Below, piece by piece: positions 38,436 through 49,360 of a stretch of DNA of 64,000 bases (within the stretch, counting starts at the first letter, position 1; every line of letters begins with the position of its first letter). The notes below the pieces were generated by a model, which saw only the letters and a list, made by a program, of their open reading frames with translations, did no database searches and was not told the origin of the DNA. Both the position numbers and the translations under genes were made by a program. Origin of the DNA: Actinomycetes bacterium (GTDB lineage: Bacteria > Actinomycetota > Actinomycetes > S36-B12 > GCA-2699445); assembly GCA_022599915.1 (NCBI GenBank), contig JAHZLH010000027.1, positions 73,813 through 137,812 of the forward strand. Reading direction: 5' to 3'.

Positions 38436-39419
38436 CTACGAGGAACGACGGCGATAGCGCAGTAGGAACCATCCCGCTAATCCCGCCACCAGCACCAGCG
38501 CGATCACCGCAAGTGGCGACGGCCCAGTTGATCGGCTGACCTGACCGGTTTGCACCGCAGCAGCGTTCGATTCGATGTCTGCTGGCGGGGAAGTATTCGG
38601 CGACGCTGCCCCAGTCTCACTGGAGTCAGGCGTGGAACTCGGTGAGCGCTTGTCATTGTCGCTAGCCGTTGGTCGCGACGACTTCTTGCCCTTACTAGCT
38701 GATGGGGACGGAGCAGTCGAGGCAACCGATCCCGACGGCGTCTGCTTCGGACCGCTAAGAGTCGGGGTGGCGTTGGGGCTATCGGCACCGCCGGACTTCT
38801 CGTTCTGTTGCTTGTCCGTTCGCTCTTTCTTCTTGTCTTTCGAACCAGTCGGATCGGTTGGTGAGGTCGCCGGTGCCGCACCCTTCGGTGAAGTGGTGGC
38901 TGATGGTTGGTCACTGACCGCGGGAGCGCACTCGCCCTGCGGATAGCCGTTGATGGCGCAGATCAGACCGCCCTCAACTCGGATTTCACTCACCTGTTGC
39001 AGCACCTGACCGCCGGTGTTGTTCTCGGGTAGTTGTGCACATCCACCGGTTGCAGCTGACGGATTTTGCCCAGCGGGCGCGTCGCCGGCTCCTCCGTAGT
39101 CAATGACGACCGCAACTCGCTTCATCCCACTGGCAGCGGGAACGTCAGCACAGAACTGCTGGAACGCGACCGCAGGTGCGATGGTGGGTTCCGCGCCCTG
39201 ACCACCAACCCCAGCACTCACGGCGAACCGCCACCCTTCCACCGCACCGTCAGCCGGGACGGCAGAAGACGGGCCCACCGGCGAAAATGTCCACGCCTGC
39301 CCGGCACCACTCCAGTAGGTCCAATAGCGGTAGTTCGTTGCCTGCGCGCTGGCAGTGCCGAGGATGCCGCCCATCAGCAGCATCGCAACGGCAACCGCTA
39401 GCGCACGAGCCCGGGTCAC
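38436..39419 (-). CDS. secreted, C-terminally membrane-anchored protein: about 135-aa Cys-containing globular domain plus long Ser/Pro/Thr/Lys-rich linker
   Basis: GTG start overlaps the upstream stop (GTGA). Signal peptide ..LLMGGILGTASAQA, a low-complexity linker of about 120 aa, and a final TM helix LAVIALVLVAGLAGWFLL followed by RYRRRSS. Confidence 0.8.
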   Translation of the reverse strand: MTRARALAVAVAMLLMGGILGTASAQATNYRYWTYWSGAGQAWTFSPVGPSSAVPADGAVEGWRFAVSAGVGGQGAEPTIAPAVAFQQFCADVPAASGMKRVAVVIDYGGAGDAPAGQNPSAATGGCAQLPENNTGGQVLQQVSEIRVEGGLICAINGYPQGECAPAVSDQPSATTSPKGAAPATSPTDPTGSKDKKKERTDKQQNEKSGGADSPNATPTLSGPKQTPSGSVASTAPSPSASKGKKSSRPTASDNDKRSPSSTPDSSETGAASPNTSPPADIESNAAAVQTGQVSRSTGPSPLAVIALVLVAGLAGWFLLRYRRRSS

Positions 39420-40486
39420 TGCAGCGAAGCCTTCAACTGTTTCACCAGATTCACACCACCGAACTTCTTGGGGTTTTCATTGGTCGCACCAGCCACCAGC
39501 AACAGCGTTCCCAGCGCACCGGCATCCGGCTGACCATCGGTTTCGGTGTAGACGGGTGCCTCATCCTGCAACGCAGCCAGGGCAGCCTTCACCTGCTTGC
39601 CATACCGATCGGAAGACTTAAACGCCAACAGCGCATAGGCAGTGGCCGAAGAGTCGACCCCGTCACCGAAACTGCTGGGCAGCATTCCGTCGTTCTTCTT
39701 CAACTGCTTCTTCAGCGATGCCAACAGGCCGCCCACGAGTTTAGGCTTGCTGGCCTCCTCGCCGCACTTGATCGCACCGCCATCGCTGGCCTGTGCAGTC
39801 GCAGCCACTGGCAACTGTGTCAGCAGTCCCAACGCACCCTGAGCGGACGCGAGCAGGTTGGCACTCTTCGGGCTCTTCTGATAGGACAGCTGCCCCCGGG
39901 CACTCTTTCCTGCCTCGCAGCGCAACTGCGTCTTCTTGAGGAACTTCTTGCCCTGCTTCAGAGCCTGCTTATTGTTGTCGGAAACCCGCGAACCGCGAAT
40001 GGCAGCCAGGGCCAGGCCGGTGCTGTTGGCGTCGCTGAGACCACCACCGATGTAAGGGAAACCACCATCAGGGTTTTGCACCTCTCGAAGCCAGGCAACC
40101 GCACGCTTGCTCGGCTTACTCTTACCGACCACTGCCAGCGCCATGGCCGCCATCGCGGTGGAGTTAGTATCCGGTCCGGTAAAAGCCTCCGGATCACCCG
40201 GGTCACAAGCAGCCAAGAGGTCATTCCGATATGCCTGGAAGGAACCGTCACCGCATTGCTGATTGCTCAGCCACGTCACCGAGGAATCCGGCACCTTGCG
40301 GTCTACCGCAACCATGCCGGATATCGCCAGCCCCTGGCGGTACACGCCGTCGAAGGACGGATCCTGCACACCGAAGCGGCCAGCGTCATCCTCTTCGGCA
40401 GTAGGAACGGCGGAGGCCGCGGGCATTAACGCCCCAGTTCCCAGCGCTAGTACGGCGGCAGCAGCCACCAGTGAACGTCGAATCAT
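39416..40486 (-). CDS. secreted prenyltransferase/squalene-oxidase-repeat (alpha/alpha toroid-like) protein
   Basis: ATG 40486 lies just after GGGAGGGA. Signal peptide MIRRSLVAAAAVLALGTGALMPAASA. Repeats QQCGDGSFQ, QNPDGGFPY and KNDGMLPSSFG are typical of terpenoid-cyclase/prenyltransferase repeats. Confidence 0.8.
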   Translation of the reverse strand: MIRRSLVAAAAVLALGTGALMPAASAVPTAEEDDAGRFGVQDPSFDGVYRQGLAISGMVAVDRKVPDSSVTWLSNQQCGDGSFQAYRNDLLAACDPGDPEAFTGPDTNSTAMAAMALAVVGKSKPSKRAVAWLREVQNPDGGFPYIGGGLSDANSTGLALAAIRGSRVSDNNKQALKQGKKFLKKTQLRCEAGKSARGQLSYQKSPKSANLLASAQGALGLLTQLPVAATAQASDGGAIKCGEEASKPKLVGGLLASLKKQLKKNDGMLPSSFGDGVDSSATAYALLAFKSSDRYGKQVKAALAALQDEAPVYTETDGQPDAGALGTLLLVAGATNENPKKFGGVNLVKQLKASLQ

Positions 40487-40488
40487 GA

Positions 40489-42355
<1,867 letters not shown>

Positions 42356-42359
<4 letters not shown>

Positions 42360-43450
42360 TTACCCCACAACTACCCGGTCCCGATGCTGAGCAACGGACT
42401 GAGACCGAGAGTTACCTCGACCGACTCACCAAACCTCCGGGCTCACTAGGGAGACTGGAACAGCTGGCGGTCTGGGCTGCCGGAGTACAAGAACGCACAC
42501 CACCACTGCCATTTCAGCAGGTTCGTCTCGTCATCTTCGCTGGCGACCACGGTGTTGCTCGCGCCGCTGGCACCTCTGCTTTCCCCAGCGAAGTCACCGC
42601 ACAAATGGTGGCCAACTTTCACAACGGCGGCGCTGCCGCGAACGTACTAGCGGAACGCAACGGAGCCACCGTGCGGGTGATCGACGCGGCTGTGGATTCT
42701 GACTACGAGGGTCTGCCCGTCCCGACCGACGTAGCCAAACACCGGATCCGCCGGAGTAGCGGCCCGCTGGATCGCGAGGATGCGCTGACCCGAGAAGAAG
42801 CCGAGGCCGCGCTAGAACTTGGGCGCAACATCGCAGATGAGGAAATCGACTCCGGCGCGGATCTGCTCATCGCCGGCGATATGGGTATCGGGAACACCAC
42901 CCCCGCCGCTGCACTCATCGCAGGTATTACCGGATCCGACCCAGTCTCGGTCTGTGGCCGCGGCACCGGAATCGATGACGAGACCTGGATGCGAAAAGTG
43001 GCCGCGATCCGCGACGGCTTGTGGCGTGCCCGAGATTGGCGCCCCGACCCGGTGGCGTTGCTGGCGACCGTCGGTGGCGCTGACCTGGGCGCCATGGCGG
43101 GTTTCCTCGGCCGGGCAGCCCAGCGCGGCGTACCGGCGCTATTGGACGGTGTGGTGGTGGGAGCCGCCGCTTTGCTGGCGGAGCGGATTGACCACGGCGC
43201 CCGCCGGTGGTGGTTGGCTGGACACCAGTCGGCTGAACCGGCTCATGTCATCTGCCTAGATCACCTGGATCTCGAGCCGCTGCTCACGCTGTCTATGCGC
43301 CTCGGCGAGGGATCGGGCGCCCTGACCGCGCTGCCCATTCTGCAGGCTGCACTTGCAACCGCCAGTGAGATGGCTACCTTCGATCAAGCCGGGGTTGATG
43401 ATGGCTCCGCGCCCCCGCCCGGGGAGGTCGATCCGGAGGACCTGCCATGA
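42356..43450 (+). CDS. cobT: nicotinate-nucleotide--dimethylbenzimidazole phosphoribosyltransferase
   Basis: GTG 42356 lies 5 nt after GGAGGA and overlaps the cobU stop (GTGA). Motifs LTKPPGSLGRLE, GDMGIGNTT and RLGEGSGA. Confidence 0.93.
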
Positions 43451-44253
43451 CTCAGACGCTGCGATTGTCGCTAGGCATGTTCACTATTCTTCCCGTGGCG
43501 CCTCGTGGCGAGTTCCGGCCGACACCCCGGCAAATCCGCGGCATGATCCTGCTGGCTCCCTTGGTCGGCTTACTGATTGGCTTGGCACTAGCCGCCGCAC
43601 TGTTCCTGATCCGCGAAGGAGCCAAGTGGCTGCACGGCGGCACCGAGCATGTCCCCGGCAACAGCCTGGCGGCGTTACTGACCATCGGGTTGTTAGTACT
43701 CATCACCGGCGGCCTACACCTAGACGGTCTCGCCGACACCGTCGACGCTATGGCCTGCCACAAGGATCGAGCCGGGGCACTGCAAGTGATGCGGCGGTCC
43801 GATGTGGGACCCCTCGGTGTGGTGGCGGTTGTGATGGTGCTGCTGATTCAGGTCCTGGCACTGGCAGTTGCCCTCGACTACGGCCACGGGGCCGTCGCAA
43901 TCGTGACCGCAGTTGTCGCGGGTCGGTTAGCGGCTGTTTGGGCTTGTCGACTTCCTGCGGCGCGTCCTGACGGTCAAGGCTCCTGGGTCGCTCGCTCGAC
44001 GAATGCGGTTCAGGCCACCATCGTGACGATACTGTCGCTGCTGATTCCGCTTGGCCTCATGTTCGTCAACCACGATCCATCCCGGATTTCACTGATCCTG
44101 GCGTTGGCAGCTATTCCTGCTGGGCTGATCGTCACCGGGTTGCTGCAGCGATGGTGGGCACATCGCTTTGGCGGCATCACCGGCGACACCATCGGTGCCG
44201 GCGTCGAAGTCTGCACGGCGGTCACATTAATCGTGATTGCGCTCGCTCCGTAA
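43447..44253 (+). CDS. cobS: adenosylcobinamide-GDP ribazoletransferase (cobalamin 5'-phosphate synthase)
   Basis: Polytopic membrane protein with GGLHLDGLADTVDA and FGGITGD motifs. ATGA overlap with cobT. Confidence 0.92.
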   Translation: MTQTLRLSLGMFTILPVAPRGEFRPTPRQIRGMILLAPLVGLLIGLALAAALFLIREGAKWLHGGTEHVPGNSLAALLTIGLLVLITGGLHLDGLADTVDAMACHKDRAGALQVMRRSDVGPLGVVAVVMVLLIQVLALAVALDYGHGAVAIVTAVVAGRLAAVWACRLPAARPDGQGSWVARSTNAVQATIVTILSLLIPLGLMFVNHDPSRISLILALAAIPAGLIVTGLLQRWWAHRFGGITGDTIGAGVEVCTAVTLIVIALAP

Positions 44254-44555
44254 TCCTGCCCGGTGCACACGAGCCACCGCCCACTAACGACAAATCACCG
44301 CGCGGTGCTGCGCCCTTCGACATGCACGCTAACCCCACCAATCCTGGCTGTGAGGAGCCTCACAGCAGAGCAGGTTTAGCGTCGGGCGACTGTGGCGATA
44401 CCTGCCACGGGTTCAACAGAAATCGAACTCGTAGGCCTCGGAAAGTCCGAGACCAGGAGACACCGACATAGGTAGGTGGTGAGCCAAGCAGCAGCGTTGC
44501 TGGGCTGTCCGTCTGTTTGCCGATGTCTCGCGTTATTTCCTGGAGGGAAAGAACA

Positions 44556-45614
44556 ATGAAGACAAGCACAGTGATGGCCACCGGTATGAGCGGCCTACTC
44601 CTCGCCGGATTGGTGGGAACGGCCGTACCAGCCATGGCCGCTGATAGTTCAACGGCCGCTGTCGGAGACAGCTCAGTGTCCGCCGCAGTGGCGGGCAAGA
44701 CGTACCAGAAATCACGCGTCGTGAATTTCCACGCAAACAAGGAGAATTCCACGCCTGGCCAAACCATCAAACTGCGTGGCCGGGTAGCCCACAACCACCA
44801 CCGGCACACTCGCGTGGTCATTCAGAAGCAGCTGGACAGCGGAAACTGGAAGAAGGTCAGCAAGACCTTTACCAAGCGGAATGGTCATTTTGTGGCCAAG
44901 AAAGCTTTCCGTCATGACGGTGACTTCACACTTCGCGCTAAATCTCAGGGACGCCACTTCAGTGAGGAGATCGGAGTTAGTGTTGCCAGCCCGACTCCAC
45001 CCGATAACAGCCAGATCTACGTCACCGCTGGAGATACCCAGGCATTGTTGGACGCGATTAACACTGCGCCGGACGGGGCCACTTTGTACCTGAATGGCAC
45101 GTACAACGTAACTACCACTACGGACGCCAGCGGCTGGGACGCCGGTGTGGTGATCGGCAAGAACCTCACCTTGGCTGGTGGCACCATTCAGTCCGACGGC
45201 ACCGATAACGTGATTTCAGTGCACAAGGGCGTCACGCTGACTTTGGATGATGGCATCAACATCACCGGTGGCTACGCCGGCCAGGGTGGCGGCATCTGGA
45301 ACCTCGGCACTGTAGTCGTCAACGATGCCTACATCTGGGGTAATGAAGCTGATCAAGGTGCTGGCGTCTACAACAAAGCGGGCGCAACCTTCACTCTGAA
45401 CGGTGGCCGGATCGACAAGAACACTGCCAACATCGCTGGCGGCGGCATCGACAACAAGGGAACGGTTTACCTGAACGACGGTGCCATCACCCAGAACACC
45501 TCAAAGGGTAACTATGGCGGGATCGTGTCAGATGGACAGGTGTTCAATGCTGACGGTCAACTCATCACGAGCTCCTCGCTGGTATTCGACAACTCCACCG
45601 ATATCTGGGGCTAG
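44556..45614 (+). CDS. secreted protein with basic Ig-like N-domain and right-handed parallel beta-helix repeats
   Basis: ATG 44556 follows GGAGGGA. Signal peptide ..LVGTAVPAMAADSS. The C-terminal half carries about 22-aa repeats of the type N..GG.A..GGGI.N.G (GGYAGQGGGIWNLGTVVVND.. / NIAGGGIDNKGTVYLND..). Confidence 0.75.
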   Translation: MKTSTVMATGMSGLLLAGLVGTAVPAMAADSSTAAVGDSSVSAAVAGKTYQKSRVVNFHANKENSTPGQTIKLRGRVAHNHHRHTRVVIQKQLDSGNWKKVSKTFTKRNGHFVAKKAFRHDGDFTLRAKSQGRHFSEEIGVSVASPTPPDNSQIYVTAGDTQALLDAINTAPDGATLYLNGTYNVTTTTDASGWDAGVVIGKNLTLAGGTIQSDGTDNVISVHKGVTLTLDDGINITGGYAGQGGGIWNLGTVVVNDAYIWGNEADQGAGVYNKAGATFTLNGGRIDKNTANIAGGGIDNKGTVYLNDGAITQNTSKGNYGGIVSDGQVFNADGQLITSSSLVFDNSTDIWG

Positions 45615-45632
45615 GCACTAGTTCCGCAACTC

Positions 45633-45680
45633 AATGGCGGGGACACCTCAACAGGTGTCCCCGCCATTCGTGGTTTTGCG
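45633..45680 (+). terminator. intrinsic terminator
   Basis: Perfect 15-bp stem aatggcggggacacc-tcaaca-ggtgtccccgccatt, followed by cgtggttttg. It starts 19 nt after the stop. Confidence 0.8.
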
Positions 45681-45754
45681 GCAACTTGGTCGATCAGCAA
45701 ACTTCTCAGCGTTAACATAAACCGGTCGGGCAGTTGGGCACGAGGGAGCAGCCG

Positions 45755-46480
45755 GTGGGTGGACTAGGGAACGCAGTTGTTGCTGCCGCAGCAACGGCAT
45801 CGCTGCTTGCTGGGGGATCAATGACCACCGCCGCCGCCACGGCAACTCCGGCCGTGGTGATCAATCTGACCCCACTCACCCAGCCAGCTGTGGCTGCCGC
45901 AGCTGCGGCTGAACTTCCACCCGAGCCATTCGCGAAGACCGCCGGGCTACCGCTGCTGCCACTGGCCGACAAAGTTGTGCGCTATACCTACCACGAGTCA
46001 ATGTTTTCCGAGGCGCTGCCACTGCGGCCACGCGGTCGAGCAAAGTTTGTCGGTCATCCAAACTTCCGGGCACCCAAGCGGACTCCGGGGCCGAAATACT
46101 TCGTGCTGCCCTCACGGGGGCGAGGGACCGGGTCGACGACCGCCACTGATGTCGTCCTACGCAAGGGCACCAAGGTCGCATCACCCGTCTCCGGAAAGGT
46201 GGTGGCCACCACTGACTACCGGCTCTATTGCCGCCGCCCGGATACCCGCATCATCCTGCGACCCCAAGGCCGACCGGACTTGCGTGTCGTCATCTTCCAT
46301 GTGGATCGTCCTCGAGTAAAGCGGGGCGACAAAGTGGTCGCCGGGGAGACGGTCTTGGCCCGGGTGCGGCATTTCGCCAACTCTCGCGCCCAATACGACG
46401 ACTTCGTTCCTGGGAACCACCCACACATTCACCTAGAAGTTCAGCGCGGCAAGGTGTTCCCCGTCCCCGGTTGCAAGTAA
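45755..46480 (+). CDS. secreted LytM/M23-like peptidase-domain protein (first Zn-ligand position apparently substituted)
   Basis: GTG 45755 lies 6 nt after GAGGGAG. Ala-rich signal-like N-terminus. C-terminal pattern ..GTKVASPVSGKVV..IFHVD..VKRGDKVVAGETV..HPHIHLEV (HxH present; the HxxxD position reads TTATD). Confidence 0.65.
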   Translation: MGGLGNAVVAAAATASLLAGGSMTTAAATATPAVVINLTPLTQPAVAAAAAAELPPEPFAKTAGLPLLPLADKVVRYTYHESMFSEALPLRPRGRAKFVGHPNFRAPKRTPGPKYFVLPSRGRGTGSTTATDVVLRKGTKVASPVSGKVVATTDYRLYCRRPDTRIILRPQGRPDLRVVIFHVDRPRVKRGDKVVAGETVLARVRHFANSRAQYDDFVPGNHPHIHLEVQRGKVFPVPGCK

Positions 46481-46591
46481 CGCCTACGGCTCGCCGTTCG
46501 CCACAGCTAGGCGCGATCAGTTCTCGCCCAGACCACATTGAGTGGCTCCGCAAGATCACCGGTAGACCACCACAGTGACCGGAAAATGCAA

Positions 46592-46621
46592 CGAGGGCGG
46601 TCTTCGGAAAGACCGCCCTCG
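46592..46621 (-). terminator. intrinsic terminator after the tRNA pair
   Basis: 13-bp stem cgagggcggtctt-cgga-aagaccgccctcg. On the minus strand it is followed by TTGCATTTTCC. It lies 7 nt downstream of the tRNA-Glu 3' end. Confidence 0.8.
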
Positions 46622-46627
46622 CGGATG

Positions 46628-46700
46628 TAGCCCCGACGGGATTCGAACCCGCGCTACCGCCTTGAGAGGGCGGCGTGCTAGGCCGCTACACAACGGGGCC
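46628..46700 (-). tRNA. tRNA-Glu (anticodon CTC)
   Basis: The minus strand GGCCCCGTTGTGTAGCGGCCTAGCACGCCGCCCTCTCAAGGCGGTAGCGCGGGTTCGAATCCCGTCGGGGCTA folds as a cloverleaf. The anticodon loop is CT-CTC-AA and the T-loop is TTCGAAT. Confidence 0.93.
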
Positions 46701-46774
46701 AGGGGTGATGCCGATTAGACGCCATGCTGCCCATCGCTGGTGCGCTTGGGCGCCGTGACACCTGATCGGTATCG

Positions 46775-46846
46775 CTGGGGTACCAGGACTCGAACCTAGA
46801 ACAACTGAACCAGAATCAGCCGTGTTGCCAATTACACCATACCCCA
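46775..46846 (-). tRNA. tRNA-Gln (anticodon CTG)
   Basis: The minus strand TGGGGTATGGTGTAATTGGCAACACGGCTGATTCTGGTTCAGTTGTTCTAGGTTCGAGTCCTGGTACCCCAG has a U1-A72 acceptor, anticodon loop TT-CTG-GT and T-loop TTCGAGT. Confidence 0.93.
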
Positions 46847-46910
46847 AGGGTGTGATCGGGCTCCCGAACAGCGTCGTGCGCAAGTGCCCAACCCGCTTGA
46901 GTATAGGCCA

Positions 46911-48407
46911 TTAGGACAACGTCTCGATACCACGCTGCAGCCGAACCAGTGACGACTCCCGTCCCAGAAGTTCCAAAGATTCGAATAGCGGCGGGGACAC
47001 TCGCCGACCGGTGACTGCCACCCGCACCGGACCGAAGGCTAGTCGGGGCTTCAACCCCAGCGACTCGATCAAGGCCTCCCGCAATGAGGCTTCAATGCTG
47101 GCTAGATCCCACTCCGGCAACGCTGTCAACGCCTCGTGCGCGGCCTGGAGCACCGAGAGTGCATCTGGCTTGAGCACCTTCTGGGCATCCTGCGGATCGA
47201 CGCTGAAATCGTCGTCACCGACAAACAGGAACGCCACCATGTCCTCGGCTTGGTTCAACGTGTCCATTCGGGTGTGAATCAGCGGCACCACAGCAGCGAG
47301 GGTGGCCCGCTGCTCCTCAGTCGGCGGATCAGTGATCAGCCCGGCAGTAGCCAGGAACGGCACCAACCGCTCAACAATCTCGTCCTCGGAGAGCGCTCGC
47401 ATCCAGTCGCCGTTGATCGCCGTACACTTCTTCAGATCAAATCGCGCCGGGTTGGGATTGACCCGCGCGATGTCGAAATTCTCGGCCATTTCCGCGCGTG
47501 AGAAGAACTCCCGATCCTCACCGATTGACCAGCCCAATAGCGCCAGATAGTTGGCCAGCCCTTCCGGTAAGTAGCCAGCTTCGCGATACATATTCAACGA
47601 AGATTCTGGGTCCCGCTTCGACAGTTTCCGATTTCCCTCCCCCATCACATACGGAAGATGCCCGAACTGCGGAGTGGGCCGGTCGATGATCCCGACCGCG
47701 CGCAGTGCATCGTAGAGCGCTAGCTGTCGCGGGGTGGAGCTGAGCAAGTCCTCGCCGCGCAAGACGTGGGTGATCTGCATCAATGCATCATCGAGTGGGT
47801 TCACCAGGGTGTAGAGCGGATCACCGTTGCCGCGCACCAACACGAAGTCCGGAATCGCACTCGCCGCCACCTCTATCCGGCCACGGACCAGATCATCAAA
47901 GGCGAAATCGGTGCCCGGCATCCGGAATCGAATCGCAGCTGAGCGGTCCTCATCTCGGAACCGCTGCCGCTGCTCCTCGGTGAGATCCCGGCAGTGACCG
48001 TCGTAGCCTGGTGGCCGCCCTTCAGCGCGGGCCTGTTCCCGCCGCTGTTCCAACTCCGCCGGGGTGCAGAAACAGGGGTAGGCGAAGCCACCGTCTTGTA
48101 GCCGCTGTGCGGCGTCGGCGTAGATATCAAGCCGTTCCGATTGGCGATACGGACCCAACGGTCCGCCTACTTCCGGGCCCTCGTCCCAGTCCAGACCCAA
48201 CCACCGCAGTGCATCGAGCAGCGCCTGGTAAGACTCTTCGGAGTCCCGGGCAGCATCGGTGTCTTCAATGCGAAAGACGAAGGTCCCATCGTTGTGTCGA
48301 GCGAATGCCCAGTTGAACAGTGCAGTCCGCAACATGCCCACGTGCGGGTTACCTGTCGGTGACGGACAAAACCGCACCCGCACACTCGGATCAGTAGCGC
48401 TAGTCAC
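46911..48407 (-). CDS. gltX: glutamate--tRNA ligase
   Basis: HIGH-type motif [15 protein letters not shown] and KMSKS-type KLSKR. It is followed by tRNA-Gln and tRNA-Glu, as in many actinobacteria. Confidence 0.95.
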   Translation of the reverse strand: MTSATDPSVRVRFCPSPTGNPHVGMLRTALFNWAFARHNDGTFVFRIEDTDAARDSEESYQALLDALRWLGLDWDEGPEVGGPLGPYRQSERLDIYADAAQRLQDGGFAYPCFCTPAELEQRREQARAEGRPPGYDGHCRDLTEEQRQRFRDEDRSAAIRFRMPGTDFAFDDLVRGRIEVAASAIPDFVLVRGNGDPLYTLVNPLDDALMQITHVLRGEDLLSSTPRQLALYDALRAVGIIDRPTPQFGHLPYVMGEGNRKLSKRDPESSLNMYREAGYLPEGLANYLALLGWSIGEDREFFSRAEMAENFDIARVNPNPARFDLKKCTAINGDWMRALSEDEIVERLVPFLATAGLITDPPTEEQRATLAAVVPLIHTRMDTLNQAEDMVAFLFVGDDDFSVDPQDAQKVLKPDALSVLQAAHEALTALPEWDLASIEASLREALIESLGLKPRLAFGPVRVAVTGRRVSPPLFESLELLGRESSLVRLQRGIETLS

Positions 48408-49191
48408 TCAAACTCACCTCATTGCCCAACGTCCCGATTCCGGGAATCTCGACCGTCACTCGGTCACCATCGCGCAGCGGTCCCACTCCTGCCGGGGTCC
48501 CGGTGAGAATCACATCACCGGGTAGCAGTGTCATCACTGAGGACACCCACGCAACGAGTTCCGGTACCGAAAACATCATGTCCGCCCCGGAACCTCGCTG
48601 AACCTCGTCACCATTCAGCGAAGTAATGATCTCCGCCGTCGCCGGGTCGAAGTCGGTGCGGATCCACGGTCCTAGCGGGCAAAAAGTGTCGAAGCCCTTG
48701 GCTCGTGCCCACTGGTTGTCACGAGCCTGCAAGTCACGAGCGGTGACGTCGTTACCGCAGGTGTAGCCGAGGATGACGTCGCCGGCGTCCTCGGCCGCCA
48801 CGTGCCGACACATCCGCCCGATCACCACCGCCAACTCGCCTTCGTATTCCACCTGCTGCGACTGCTCCGGCAGTCTGATGTTCTCGTCGGGTCCGATGAC
48901 GCTGGTGCTGGGTTTCAGGAAGGCTAGCGGCTCATCGGGAACTTCTGACTTCATTTCCGCGGCGTGATCGGCGTAGTTCTTGCCAATGCCGATGACTTTG
49001 GCGGGCAAGACTGGGGCTAGCAGCCGCACTGTGGCCAGCGGTAGCGTCAGGTCCACCAAGTCGGGATCTGTGTAAGGGTGTCCGCGCATCGGCCGAACCA
49101 CGGCGCTGGCCGGATCGAATTCAGCCCCGTCCGCAGCTTCAATGACGCCGTAGGCGACCGTGCTCTCCAGCGAGAATCGAGTGATCAGCAT
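48400..49191 (-). CDS. fumarylacetoacetate hydrolase family protein
   Basis: ATG 49191 lies 3 nt after GGGAGGATC (spacer ATC). Sequence ..[16 protein letters not shown].., ..EGELAVVIG.., ..[12 protein letters not shown]... The 3' end overlaps the gltX start by 8 nt. Confidence 0.88.
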   Translation of the reverse strand: MLITRFSLESTVAYGVIEAADGAEFDPASAVVRPMRGHPYTDPDLVDLTLPLATVRLLAPVLPAKVIGIGKNYADHAAEMKSEVPDEPLAFLKPSTSVIGPDENIRLPEQSQQVEYEGELAVVIGRMCRHVAAEDAGDVILGYTCGNDVTARDLQARDNQWARAKGFDTFCPLGPWIRTDFDPATAEIITSLNGDEVQRGSGADMMFSVPELVAWVSSVMTLLPGDVILTGTPAGVGPLRDGDRVTVEIPGIGTLGNEVSLSD

Positions 49192-49360
49192 GATCCTCCC
49201 AGAGTAGGGGGCAGGACGTTTCGCTAGTAACTCGGCTGGTTCCCCCAATCGTGGCCGGGGTGCATCACACTGGGTGGGTGCGGTCATCTCCACAGCAGCG
49301 TCAGCGCCGATCTGGCTGCCACCGATCAGACGCGCAACGAATCGCTGCCGGTGGTGAAGT

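Noticed and set aside
39176-40429. 417-aa plus-strand ORF, one of the longest in the track
   Set aside because: It is entirely antisense to the two riboswitch-controlled secreted-protein genes. The translation is Arg/Gln/Leu/His-rich low-complexity sequence with no motif. This is a typical shadow ORF of GC-rich DNA.
43353-43970. 205-aa plus-strand ORF in an alternative frame of cobT/cobS
   Set aside because: The composition is extremely Arg/Pro/Gly-rich. The overlapping cobS frame carries the canonical DGLAD motif.
44254-44555. Possible second riboswitch in the 300-nt leader of the beta-helix gene. It contains GACCAGGAGACACC, which resembles a B12 box, and CTCGTAGGC / GGTAGGTGG, which resemble c-di-AMP (ydaO) riboswitch pieces.
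   Set aside because: The cobalamin core (GGTG..AA..CC...CCCGC.AC.GT) is absent on either strand, and the ydaO-like pieces are in the wrong order. Only small local hairpins are visible. I leave it as an unexplained long leader.
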